A program made the position numbers and the translations under genes. A stretch of DNA of 63,972 bases, the filler included, from Salisapilia sapeloensis CBS 127946 (Eukaryota; Protista; Oomycota), in the NCBI GenBank assembly GCA_023334545.1. It is 16 parts of 16 records of this genome, joined end to end, with 100 filler letters (N's around TTAATTAATTAA, not from the genome) between each part and the next. Parts side by side here need not be neighbours in the genome. Positions count along the whole stretch, not along the records: positions 1 to 9,747 come from JAADVB010000459.1; 15 more parts are not named here. The stretch is one strand, 5' to 3'. Within the stretch, counting starts at the first letter, position 1. Every line of letters begins with the position of its first letter. Below are positions 1 to 9,847 of the stretch, piece by piece. The notes beneath the pieces were generated by a model, which did no database searches, was not told the origin of the DNA, and worked only from the letters and a program-made list of their open reading frames with translations.

Positions 1-2111
1 ATCTTGCCGAACCTTCCAGACTCCCTCCAGACCCTTCGAGACACCATCGAGACACCTCCGCCAATCCACAAAGAAGCCACCCTACTAAATTTTCATACTC
101 TCTAGCAGAACTGACACGCATAATATGAGACGCAGGTTGTTTGAAAATTTGGGCTCGAGCAGGTGGGATCCGTTCGCGCCAGCGGTTTGACAAGAGTTCG
201 ATTGTTCTCGAATCGGCTTCAAGAGGCGGGTACATGAGTGGTACGAGATGGGATGCCGCTTGGATAGCAATATCGCATGGTACGTGCGTAGATTTCCATC
301 CTTTCGGAAGTGTCCGCTCTCGGAGAAAAGACTGGTCGATATACCAAGTGCTTCCATGGTTGTAGCCACAGTAATGTTAATAGACTAACTACTCTTTCTG
401 CAGTATTCTTATTCAGTCGACACGTTATACTTCAGCAATATCAGAGATCATCTCTTGCACACGACTTGAAGTTGTCTAGTAACTTGGATGCTCCTCTCGA
501 AGCGATGGTGCCGAAATCCTGATTGTACGTATTTAACAGTTTCTGCAACTGCGAAAATGTTAGATGGAAACGGAAAAGAAGTCAATAACGCTCTGTACGT
601 TGAGTTTCGTCGCCATTCCATGGAAACTGCCGCGACCGAGTTATTATTCCTTGACAAGGAAATCGAATACCGATGAAGTTACCTAGGAGTATAGGTCAAA
701 CTTCAAAGGGCGAATACGTTCATTAAGGCCCTTTTAGGAGTGCTGAGCATCTACAAAGACCTGCTCAGGATCGTCTGCATCAATAAACAACATAGCCATC
801 CCACCTTGCTCTCTGATGCCACTTGCCGGCGCCATCGATGCTAATAGCTCTGTGCTTCACCGAAGCCCTGGGGGCGGTATATATCATGATCGTGGATGTA
901 CTGCCGAATCTACTTTCCATGTAATTTAATTCAAGTATCGTGCAATAAGCTCGAGGTGGCATTGATCTGGCCAATTCGATGCCCGAGAAAACTTTCGACC
1001 GGATCTTTTGCGGTGATCTTGAGCTTATTAAAACATTGTGGTAGAAGATGCTGCAAATAGTTTGATGTCAATTATTTTGGAAATTGCTCGCTACAGTCCT
1101 GTCGTTGTAATCAAGGGAGCGCATTTGCCTTTAGTGACGAAAAATCGAGTGTATTGCATGTATATATGTAGGACAGACGTGTGTTTGATCAGGTAATATG
1201 CTCGCCGACGCAGTGATTGAAAATCGATTCCCTTGATAGCAAAAGTGACATCGGAAGATGTTTATAGAGAAAGCGTCAAGGCGAATGAGGTGGTTGCTGG
1301 CGTCGCGAGTGATACATCCTTCGCTTGTGTGATGACGATATTTGGCAGGGGCCATAGAGTAAAAGTATTTAAAGGTGTATTGAACGCGAATGATCGATTT
1401 TTTGCTCTCACATTGTTCATGTTCAGGATTGACATGGATGCACTCAAAGTAGCTGCCTTTGTGCAACAAGAGATCTTTGGCATTTCCTCCTCATCTTCAG
1501 ATACTAAAGTCTAGATGCAGTAGTTAAAGTTGTTAACGATCGTGCCACGTTGTATGTTTGCAAGTGAATAAGATCAGCCCCGCTGGTTAGGAAAAGGTAT
1601 TAGAGGAGTGCTTTCTGGTGATGCCGCTGTGAGTGATGCTTGTGTTCGCAATCTTAACTGAAGTATATACTATGGAGGCTTCGTTGGTTTTGGCAGTCTT
1701 ATCATGGCAAGTTGGGCTCTAATGCGTTCAGCAAACGAAAGAGAGTCCAGTATAAGACGATATTAATAGATGCCAAGATACGCTGTGCACTCTACAAATA
1801 CGGGGGTTTCAAAGCTGTTGATGATAATCGGTATTAAGTATCTGTAGATTGACGACGCTCAAAGCTGAAGTACCACATATGATGACGCAAACGATGAGTG
1901 TAGCTCGAAGAGTGCATGCCATGTTTATGCAATCCATTTGGCTTGGAGGGAGCTGAGCTTCCTTTTCGAGTGAGATGAACGTGGACAAGAAGGTGGATTA
2001 TGCAAAGTAAAGTGCTTGATAGTTAGTCTGAATCGTCCGATCGACGAAGCATAAGACGACTGCGCAAGGGCGTTCTCTGTCCATTGCTTTCTCTCTACCA
2101 TACTGTGAATA

Positions 2112-3024
2112 CTAGAGAATTACAAGAGTAGATGGAAGTAATACCATTCGTTTCGACATGAGTTTTCGACGTGGTGGGCTTTGTTCCATGGCGTCGTCCA
2201 CGGCGCTTCGATGGCGCTTGGCGTTGCGGCCGACGGACGCAATAGTGGATGTGGACTCTTCGACTGCTTGCGATATATTCTCCACCGTCTTCTGTAGCTC
2301 TGCTTCACTCTATTGCATCCCATTAGGCACAGTGGATGCAGTCGATCAGTATAAAAGTACATTTTCATAAACGCGTTTGATGGTTTCGATCTCGGCCGGG
2401 TCGGTATAGACACCTTGTTCCAAATCTGGTTGACTAGCGTACGATGTAAGGCCTGAAAGAACATTTAAAGATAACATAGATGTACGTGAAGGTGACATCA
2501 CTAGCTTCCTTGCGTTGGTTTTCCATCTTTAGCTTTGTATGTTCTTTCACGAGGTCAAAAACCTACGAATTAAACCAAGGTGAATATAAGCATATCACAA
2601 ATACAGATTCTAGACATACCTTTTCACGTTTCTCTTTAATAGAAGCTTCTATCTCCTTGATCCGTTTATCCTCCTCTGCGACTTTGGACGCAAGCTCCTG
2701 GTCCACTTCTTCCATATCACCTACTCCATCGCATAAATACATTTTCATAGCGATCTCATACTATAAAACTACCTTGATCAGTGGGATCATAATGACGGAT
2801 AGCATTTGAAAAGACATTCGCGACAACGTCGTTCACGTGTGCCCTCGCGACCTAGACATTTGTAAATAGATAGAACAAAGTCGTACATCACACCTAACAC
2901 GTACATCTTTCTGTGCAGCAGACATGTTTGGCTGCACCTTGAGTGCAGCAGCGATTGCCTTCTCCGTGCATCGACGCTGTGCTTCCTTAAGCTCTGCATA
3001 CGAGTACTTGCGTTCGTCGCCCAT
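2112..3024 (-). CDS. Multi-exon coiled-coil protein, possibly kinetochore Nsl1/Mis14-like
   Basis: Exons join through short GT..AG introns (e.g. 2904-2852): MGDERKYSYAELKEAQRRC...QKD|VARAHVNDVVANVFSNAIRHYDPTDQ|GDMEEVDQELASKVAEEDKRIKEIEASIKEKREK|VFDLVKEH... The helix followed by an 'EEVDQELASKV' coiled coil recalls the Nsl1 EPFD-L segment. The gene is well supported; the family and the 3' end are uncertain. Confidence 0.55.
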
Positions 3025-3225
3025 ACTCCCTCGAAGGCGCGAAAAGCACGGTCTTTTGAAATGTCCCACATTGCAGCCGACCTTCTTCATATAAAAACAT
3101 GTGTACGTAATGCATCCAAATCGAGACGCAATATGACGACTGTGTCATCGAACATATCATCCTCCATTTCCATTTTCTCACCTGATCTCCGTCTACTATC
3201 CTCCTTTCTAGCGCTAGAGGCAAGT

Positions 3226-6132
3226 ATGAGGTTAACAGGAGACATTGGGTCTGCACCATCATCTCCATGGAGACAGGAAGCTGTGCCAACGCCGCCTGGA
3301 AGCGGAAATTTGCTTCATCAGGGCAAATTGTTACGTCGAGACCGGACGTTCTTGACGTGGAAGTGGAGAGAATTTGTACTAGAACGTAATCGGTTGCAAT
3401 ACTTTAGCATGAAAGGAACTAGGAAAGGGGAAGTATCTTTGACGGCAGGAAGTACGCCCATTACGATTCGAATCACGGATAGTCTCAAGCCGTTTGGATT
3501 TGTGCTGTTCATCAAGGACGAGAAATTGACATTAGCAGCTACCAGTGACGCCGAACGTCGACGTTGGGTAGATGTCTTCTGTGACGTCTTCCACGTAAGT
3601 GTAGAACAGGAGAACGACCGAAAGACTAAACCGACGTACTTGCCTGTACCGGATGCATCGACGCCACAGGCCACACCGAAAGGTTCTGCGCATTCGAATG
3701 TGTCTGAAATGTCCGAGTTCAGTCACTCTTTATCCACAAACTCGGATAATGCACGTAGCTTTCGATACAATCGATCCGTTCCACAGGAAGTGATTCCGAT
3801 CCTAGAGTCACGCATGACGTACGGACCGTTAAAAGAAACGTTCTCTCATGTTACTTTCCCTCCTTCCCTTGCCAATGGAGACTCTCTCGTCGGTGTCGGT
3901 CCTATCGTCCGTAGGCTGAATTTCACCGATGAACGTGTCCTCGCCGTCGGACTGTACATTGATCCGTCCGAAGCAGCCCCTCAGCTACAGCCATTCCACG
4001 GCCGCTCGCTTAGTAGTCTCAACGGCGATCAGCGTTTCTACGACCACTTGATCCACCACACCACATTCCGCCGCTCGTTCGTCTTCACCAGTCGCAAACG
4101 CATATCCAAGTCAGTGCTCCAAGCCGTACTACGCGACGAGATCTCACCACGTATTGCTGGAGACGCTGACGCACTCGACACGTTCTTATCATTGATCGAA
4201 AAGTCGTTAAAGAAAGCAGAATCGATGGTCTTGCGACTAGAAGGCGGAGCGCACTGTGAGTTCCGTCTTCGAGGTCACGTCTATCCTCCAATCGCGTCTC
4301 GATCCCTGTGTAAGTGCTTCCAAGCCATGTTCTTTGACGTCGGGAGCATCCAACAGGACGCCAAAAGAGGTCTTATCCAACGTCTGCCGAGTCTGTGGGG
4401 AAGTGAAGAGCCGGATGCACATGATGAGATCTATGGTAGTTTACACATGGACGAGGAAGACGACGATACGGACTCGGACTTTGACATGGACGCGCCGTTG
4501 CTAGCTGGAAACGACTCCGACGAAGACGACAGTGACGATGAACTCATGACAGAAGCTCGACGACGCAGTCAGTCGTCTCGAGAGCGTCGATTGAGCGTGA
4601 AAGACAAGCTCGATGAGCTCGATGAACGGACGCATGAACTCTTGCGTCGAGAAGGACGTAGTCTCGTCCCTCACTTTGGACCGATGTTGGATCCAGTCTC
4701 CCACGCGTCTTTCGCAGGCGACCTCATCGTCGACCGAAGCACTTTGCTCGGCACATGGTCACAACGTATGACACAAGAAGTGGAAGAGCAAGACCAGTTG
4801 CACGAGACGCACTCACAACGTTTCTCAGTTGGTTTATATGTCCAACCAGGGGAAGCGAGCGAGAATTTACTCAAGTACAAGGGATTATCGATCGGTAGCA
4901 TTGTGCAGGACCCAGACTTTTTCCGTCGCTTTGCAGACGGACCATTTGCAAAGCACCTGGTCTTTAAAGTCGCTGGACGCATGACGTTAGGACATGTCCT
5001 AGAACACATGATCTCTAGGCTGAAACCAGTCAAGACAGAAGCAACGGACGCCCCTGACACACCTGTGGATGGCACTGTCGACCACTTGCATAGCATCTAC
5101 CTAGAACATAAACTACTGGAGCTGTCACCGACGGATGAAGTACATGTGTCGATAGATAGTGCAGGTAATTGTGTGTTGCGTCTCGGACGTAAGACGGTCG
5201 CTCCGGCTGAAGCAGAGGAGGATGAAGTGGAGGCATTAGCAGTCGCAGAAGAGATCCAGCTGCCTCCACCACCGTTCGCGACGCTGCTTCAGAGTTTGTT
5301 CTATGGCTACAAGCGATCGAATGACGAGTGTCGAGCGCAGTTACTACAGCGTCTACCGAGTTTATTGGATCTCGCACGAGATGACTTGGTGCATACGTAT
5401 CATGATGAGATCCAAGTACTCAAGGAGAACTACAAGCGACAGAAACCGGAGAATCGTGTCAAGGCAGGATATTTGGCCTTGTCATTTGATAAGAAACGCA
5501 AGATGAAAAAGAATGAAGATGGTGGGAAAGAAGAAGTGATGGTGACGTCGAGGTGGAGTAAACGATGGTGTCGTCTCGATGGCGTGACGTTCTCGTACTA
5601 TGCACACAAACGGAACCGGAAAGCTCGAGACGTGGTCGATTTGAGGCAATGTGAAATCATGGAAATCGATGCCACGAACACGAATTCCGAATTGTCAAGG
5701 TTTGTCGAAGATAAAAAGAGTGGGAAGGAACAAGCGTCCATTACGTTTGCGATCGTCAAGCCGAATAGAGAGATCTTAGCGCTACGTACGGAAAGTATCT
5801 ACGAAGGGGAGGAATGGATCGAGTCGCTTTTGGATGCCAGTAAAGTGTCCAGTTTGGAGAGTGGGACGGATCCAAGTGATGATATTGAAGGGCAGAAGAG
5901 GAGGAAGAGTTCAGTGGTGAAGCCAGCGTCTGGCGAGTTGGCAGAGGAAGGAGGGAACACGGGGTGGGAAGAAGAAGAAGAGGATGTCGAGTACAAACGA
6001 GGCTCGTTGCTACTGTGGCTAAAGGAGGATGTTCGCCATCTGATCATCTTCGTATCGTTCGTGCTTTTGCTACGAGTGATCACGAAGCGGAGGACGGTGG
6101 AGGTTGGAGCAGATTTGACAGACGCCGTGTAG
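3226..6132 (+). CDS. PH - chalcone isomerase-like x2 - PH - C-terminal TM protein
   Basis: Intronless ORF (open from 3061; likely start 3226). PH1: LLHQGKLLRR..WKWREFVL..LQYF..LTLAATSDAERRRWVD. CHI-fold 1: VTFPPSL..LVGVGPIVRR..VLAVGLYID..MFFDVGSIQQDAKRGLIQRL. Acidic linker, then a degenerate second CHI copy (FSVGLYVQP..CRAQLLQRLP). PH2: VKAGYL..WSKRWCRLDG..GEEWIESL. Hydrophobic tail HLIIFVSFVLLLRVI. Confidence 0.85.
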   Translation: MRLTGDIGSAPSSPWRQEAVPTPPGSGNLLHQGKLLRRDRTFLTWKWREFVLERNRLQYFSMKGTRKGEVSLTAGSTPITIRITDSLKPFGFVLFIKDEKLTLAATSDAERRRWVDVFCDVFHVSVEQENDRKTKPTYLPVPDASTPQATPKGSAHSNVSEMSEFSHSLSTNSDNARSFRYNRSVPQEVIPILESRMTYGPLKETFSHVTFPPSLANGDSLVGVGPIVRRLNFTDERVLAVGLYIDPSEAAPQLQPFHGRSLSSLNGDQRFYDHLIHHTTFRRSFVFTSRKRISKSVLQAVLRDEISPRIAGDADALDTFLSLIEKSLKKAESMVLRLEGGAHCEFRLRGHVYPPIASRSLCKCFQAMFFDVGSIQQDAKRGLIQRLPSLWGSEEPDAHDEIYGSLHMDEEDDDTDSDFDMDAPLLAGNDSDEDDSDDELMTEARRRSQSSRERRLSVKDKLDELDERTHELLRREGRSLVPHFGPMLDPVSHASFAGDLIVDRSTLLGTWSQRMTQEVEEQDQLHETHSQRFSVGLYVQPGEASENLLKYKGLSIGSIVQDPDFFRRFADGPFAKHLVFKVAGRMTLGHVLEHMISRLKPVKTEATDAPDTPVDGTVDHLHSIYLEHKLLELSPTDEVHVSIDSAGNCVLRLGRKTVAPAEAEEDEVEALAVAEEIQLPPPPFATLLQSLFYGYKRSNDECRAQLLQRLPSLLDLARDDLVHTYHDEIQVLKENYKRQKPENRVKAGYLALSFDKKRKMKKNEDGGKEEVMVTSRWSKRWCRLDGVTFSYYAHKRNRKARDVVDLRQCEIMEIDATNTNSELSRFVEDKKSGKEQASITFAIVKPNREILALRTESIYEGEEWIESLLDASKVSSLESGTDPSDDIEGQKRRKSSVVKPASGELAEEGGNTGWEEEEEDVEYKRGSLLLWLKEDVRHLIIFVSFVLLLRVITKRRTVEVGADLTDAV

Positions 6133-6700
6133 AGATGCATGGAAACGAGATCGATTAAAATAAAAAATACTTTGAACAGCGTATGAGATAAAAGAGGGCG
6201 TATGAGAGAGGGTGGATAACCGCTGCAGCTTGCGAGAATGGTCTTCCAAGATACCTTTGGTTCGGAGCGAGACACAAGGGCCAGCCGTTAGGATAGAGAA
6301 ATTACGTACGTCAGATCTATGTCAGATATTGGTGCAGCTGATGGATCTTCTGGCAGGATGAGGGAAGATCGTTATCTTCTGGTGAGAAGTCCGGTCGTAT
6401 CAATGGCAACCGCCATGCCTGAACGTATCTTTGCCGATAGACTCGAAACTCCTTCCGACCTTCCAAGATACGTTTTTTTCCAACCAAGTTACCGTTTCTA
6501 TCGAAACTAGATAGAATTCCACAATTGTAATGAGTGGGAGTGCCGACGTGGCATCTTCCCTCGGTACCCTATCGAATGCTACGTGGCTTTGAAGTTGATA
6601 GCTTTTCATGGTGGGAGAGTATGATAGGAAACAGTTGGCTTGTTCTGCCAGAATTTTGCGTCACGGTATTGATGGTTTTCATTTGAATACTTGACGAGGG

Positions 6701-7558
6701 ATGAAAATGTTCTCTGTGCTTGCTTTGCTACTGCTACCGAGCGTGCTAGGCGCTCCTTGCACGGAAGAGGAGCGAAAGGAGATGGATAAAGTTACGTACG
6801 CGGGTAGTCCATCCTGCTTAGTCGTGACAGAGCGTCTGGAGGACTACAAATGGATGGTTGGCTCGAGAGTCCATTGCCAGAGTGAAAACTGTCTGAGCTA
6901 CTTGCAGGACGTGATCTATGACATCCCGAACTGCGAATTAGATGGCATCAACTTTCGTCTACAGACCAAGGTCAAAGTTGCTAAATGTGCCTATGGCGGA
7001 TCGACCTCGACGTCTCCAAGTACGTCGTCAAATTCATCGTCGGAGTCCAACTCGGACTCGGTGTCTTTAGATTCCGACTCTGCGTCTACTTCAGCTTCGG
7101 ACTCCGACGATGATTCGGATTTGGTTTGGAATACGACTCCGGACCCGGATTGGGTCAATCCCTCGCAATTCTCCGTATCGGCCCAACTGGATGATCCGGA
7201 AGTGTTGGAAGCCTTGGAAAAGGAGTGCGATCAGGATAAGATCGATAAGATGAACCAATTGATGACTAGCAAGGAGTTGCAAATGGCGTGTGAACTGCAA
7301 GCGCAAGAACTGCTTGTGAGCAAGACATCTGATGACCCTAAGACAGTATGTGATTTCTCCGAATGCGGACGAGCGATGCAGGACCAAATTCCAAACATCC
7401 CAGACTGCAATATCGACGGCATTAACTACAGGCAAGCGACAGTGGATCGTGTCGGTTCATGCGAGTTTTCAGACGACTCGGACGCTAGCGATTCTGGCTA
7501 TCACTATGCCTCTCACGGATGGATGATACCACTGTGTGCCATCGTACTGGCTTTGTAG
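6701..7558 (+). CDS. Secreted elicitin-like (ELL) protein with two Cys-rich domains, probably GPI-anchored
   Basis: Signal peptide MKMFSVLALLLLPSVLG; two related six-Cys domains (CTEEE..CLV..HCQSENC..IPNCELDG..C and CDQD..ACE..VCDFSEC..IPDCNIDG..C); Ser/Asp-rich linker; hydrophobic C-terminus WMIPLCAIVLAL. Confidence 0.8.
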   Translation: MKMFSVLALLLLPSVLGAPCTEEERKEMDKVTYAGSPSCLVVTERLEDYKWMVGSRVHCQSENCLSYLQDVIYDIPNCELDGINFRLQTKVKVAKCAYGGSTSTSPSTSSNSSSESNSDSVSLDSDSASTSASDSDDDSDLVWNTTPDPDWVNPSQFSVSAQLDDPEVLEALEKECDQDKIDKMNQLMTSKELQMACELQAQELLVSKTSDDPKTVCDFSECGRAMQDQIPNIPDCNIDGINYRQATVDRVGSCEFSDDSDASDSGYHYASHGWMIPLCAIVLAL

Positions 7559-8187
7559 GCTCTACTAATATCCAAGATACTGCGTCGCAGGATGTCCTTG
7601 GATGATAGACCTGCTGATGTTAATGGAAACCGGCTTCCTATTCCTTTAAATCGAGTACGAGTGAGCTATAGATTGATACAAACCAGGACATACTGATCCA
7701 TCCTTCCCATCTTCAAGGTCTTGTCAATTGGCCTTTCGCCTGTCAAGCACGCCATGCACACGTCCATGATGGTCGTGCATCGCAATTGTCTCTGTGTGAT
7801 GTTTGCTTCCCGAGCTCTGCGAAGCAAACCGCGGGAGCTGACGTGAGTGAGCTGGTCGCACCCACCTTTGCACACATACTTTTGACGCTTTATCTCTCTG
7901 AAAGAAGAACCTAGCGTACGTCAGCGCCCCCTCCTCGAACAAGTATAACGGTCTAAATATTAGCTCGGAAGAGACCAGTTGCCATACTAAAGTCCTATTT
8001 AATTCGTATGAAGCCACTTCTGCGATACTCGGCGTGGGCGGGAAAGACGGGCCAGTTTTAGATCGCGATCTAGCGAACGCCATCAGACGGGTCAATAGCA
8101 TACGAAAGTCAAGAGATGCCTCCCTAGCTTCCACTTGACCACGAGCCCACAGAGCTCACTTTCCAAACTTCCGCTTCCTCCGTAAAT

Positions 8188-9240
8188 ATGAACAAAAGCA
8201 ACGACGCTCGAAAGCTAGAGGAGTATGTCATCCAGAAACGCTTGGCCCCGGCTTTGTTTGGAGATGTCCTTCTCTGCAAGCATAAGCCGACGGGAGACCT
8301 CGTCGCCGTGAAACGAGTGCTGCTTAGTGCTGCTACTGCTCAGCTCACGCTCAGTGCTCGGAAGAAAGTTAGGGAGAACGTAGCGCTCGAACGAGTCGTC
8401 TACCGCCAGTTCCAGAAGCATGGCGGACACCCGAATGTGCTCGCCCTTCGTGAAGAAATCCAGCACGATGGATATCTCTACATGGTGTTTGATTATTGCG
8501 ACAAGGGCGAACTCTATGAGCTCTTGAGTAAATCAGCTACGTCTAAGCTCGATGAACCAACGGCGAGGAAATACCTGAACCAGATCGTCCGAGGTGTCCA
8601 GTTCATGCATGCCACTGGCTTCGCACACCGCGACCTCTCTCTCGAGAATATCCTTGTCACAAAGGACGACGTCTGCCAGGTATGCGACTTTGGACTGGCT
8701 GCTCCTGCCCACAACACATCGAAAGAGACGGTCGGCAAGCTCTTTTACATGGCACCAGAAGTCCTCGCGGGTGACCGATACGACCCGAAACAGGCCGACG
8801 TCTGGTCGCTCGGTGTCATGCTCTTCATCATGCTCATCGGCGCTCCCCCGGCTGAAAGTGCCAGTCTCGACGATCCGCGCTTCCGACTCATCACCGCTCA
8901 TGGTGTGCGACATCTCATCGAGCGTTGGGGACTCACTAGGACGGTGCCTCCGAAAGCCATCGACTTGCTGGAGTGTCTCCTCCAAGTCGACCCGGCTCGT
9001 CGACCGACCATCGATCAGATCGTCACGCACCCGTTCCTCCGAGGCAACTTCCAGTCTCCGCGAGAGCTCGAGGTAAAGAACCGACAGTTCAGCTTCTCCA
9101 AGCTCCCGATCCAGGAGAAGGAAGAAAAGAGCCACGGCGTCGTGAACAACACGATCCAGCGTCTATTCCGACGAAGATCTTCCAAACGCATTATCGACTT
9201 CTCCCAAGTGTCGCAAGAACCAGCGGCCACAGCAGCGTAG
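8188..9240 (+). CDS. Ser/Thr protein kinase, CAMK group (oomycete-expanded type)
   Basis: VAVK, HRDLSLEN, CDFG, YMAPE and DVWSLG kinase motifs; the Gly-loop is degenerate (LAPALFGDV). Confidence 0.95.
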   Translation: MNKSNDARKLEEYVIQKRLAPALFGDVLLCKHKPTGDLVAVKRVLLSAATAQLTLSARKKVRENVALERVVYRQFQKHGGHPNVLALREEIQHDGYLYMVFDYCDKGELYELLSKSATSKLDEPTARKYLNQIVRGVQFMHATGFAHRDLSLENILVTKDDVCQVCDFGLAAPAHNTSKETVGKLFYMAPEVLAGDRYDPKQADVWSLGVMLFIMLIGAPPAESASLDDPRFRLITAHGVRHLIERWGLTRTVPPKAIDLLECLLQVDPARRPTIDQIVTHPFLRGNFQSPRELEVKNRQFSFSKLPIQEKEEKSHGVVNNTIQRLFRRRSSKRIIDFSQVSQEPAATAA

Positions 9241-9747
9241 AGATCTGTCTATCATCTACCTTATCGGCGACCAACACTAAGTGTATAGAGCTCCTACAAG
9301 CTCCTACAAGTCTGAATTACATAGAAACCCATAGAATCTGCATATCTTAACTATATCACAAATGAAAATAATGTCTCTACTTTACATTGGCTTTCTATCC
9401 CTTTTCCCATCATTCCTATCATCTACTATAAGAAGCCATAAAATCGATCTAGATAGTTGGTACAAAAACAGCGAAAGACTTTTCGCTTCATCCCAATCGT
9501 ACGATTCCGTCTACACAGCCTACAACAAACACGCGATCCAGTCTAATCTTCTAATTACGCTAGTATCTCATCTGACTGTATGCAATCAAACTCATACTTT
9601 GATAGATCACACTTAATTTTCGATTGTGGGTGTTACGAGTTCGCTTCATTTGCGTCTATGTATTATGGACACACTCGAGGCTGGACTCGAGACTCGTGTA
9701 AATACAGCTTACTGGTCTATCCTACCGATGGCGAATGGAGCCGCAGC

Positions 9748-9847
9748 NNNNNNNNNNNNNNNNNNNNNNNNNNNNNNNNNNNNNNNNNNNNTTAATTAAT
9801 TAANNNNNNNNNNNNNNNNNNNNNNNNNNNNNNNNNNNNNNNNNNNN
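9748..9847. other. Artificial contig spacer N44-TTAATTAATTAA-N44 (first of 15; the others start at about 14115, 17109, 20334, 23180, 29172, 30893, 33065, 35046, 36447, 38762, 43166, 49691, 54473, 62295)
   Basis: The same 100-bp block recurs with a palindromic 12-mer that gives stops in all six frames. It is an assembly-concatenation linker, not biology. Confidence 0.98.

Noticed and set aside
1-2050. Stop-ridden region with protein-like fragments (a signal-peptide-like MACTLRATLIVCVIICGTSALS on the minus strand; AISIDGAGKWHQR loosely resembling a transposase)
   Set aside because: There is no continuous frame or convincing motif. It is probably decayed sequence, and no family can be supported.
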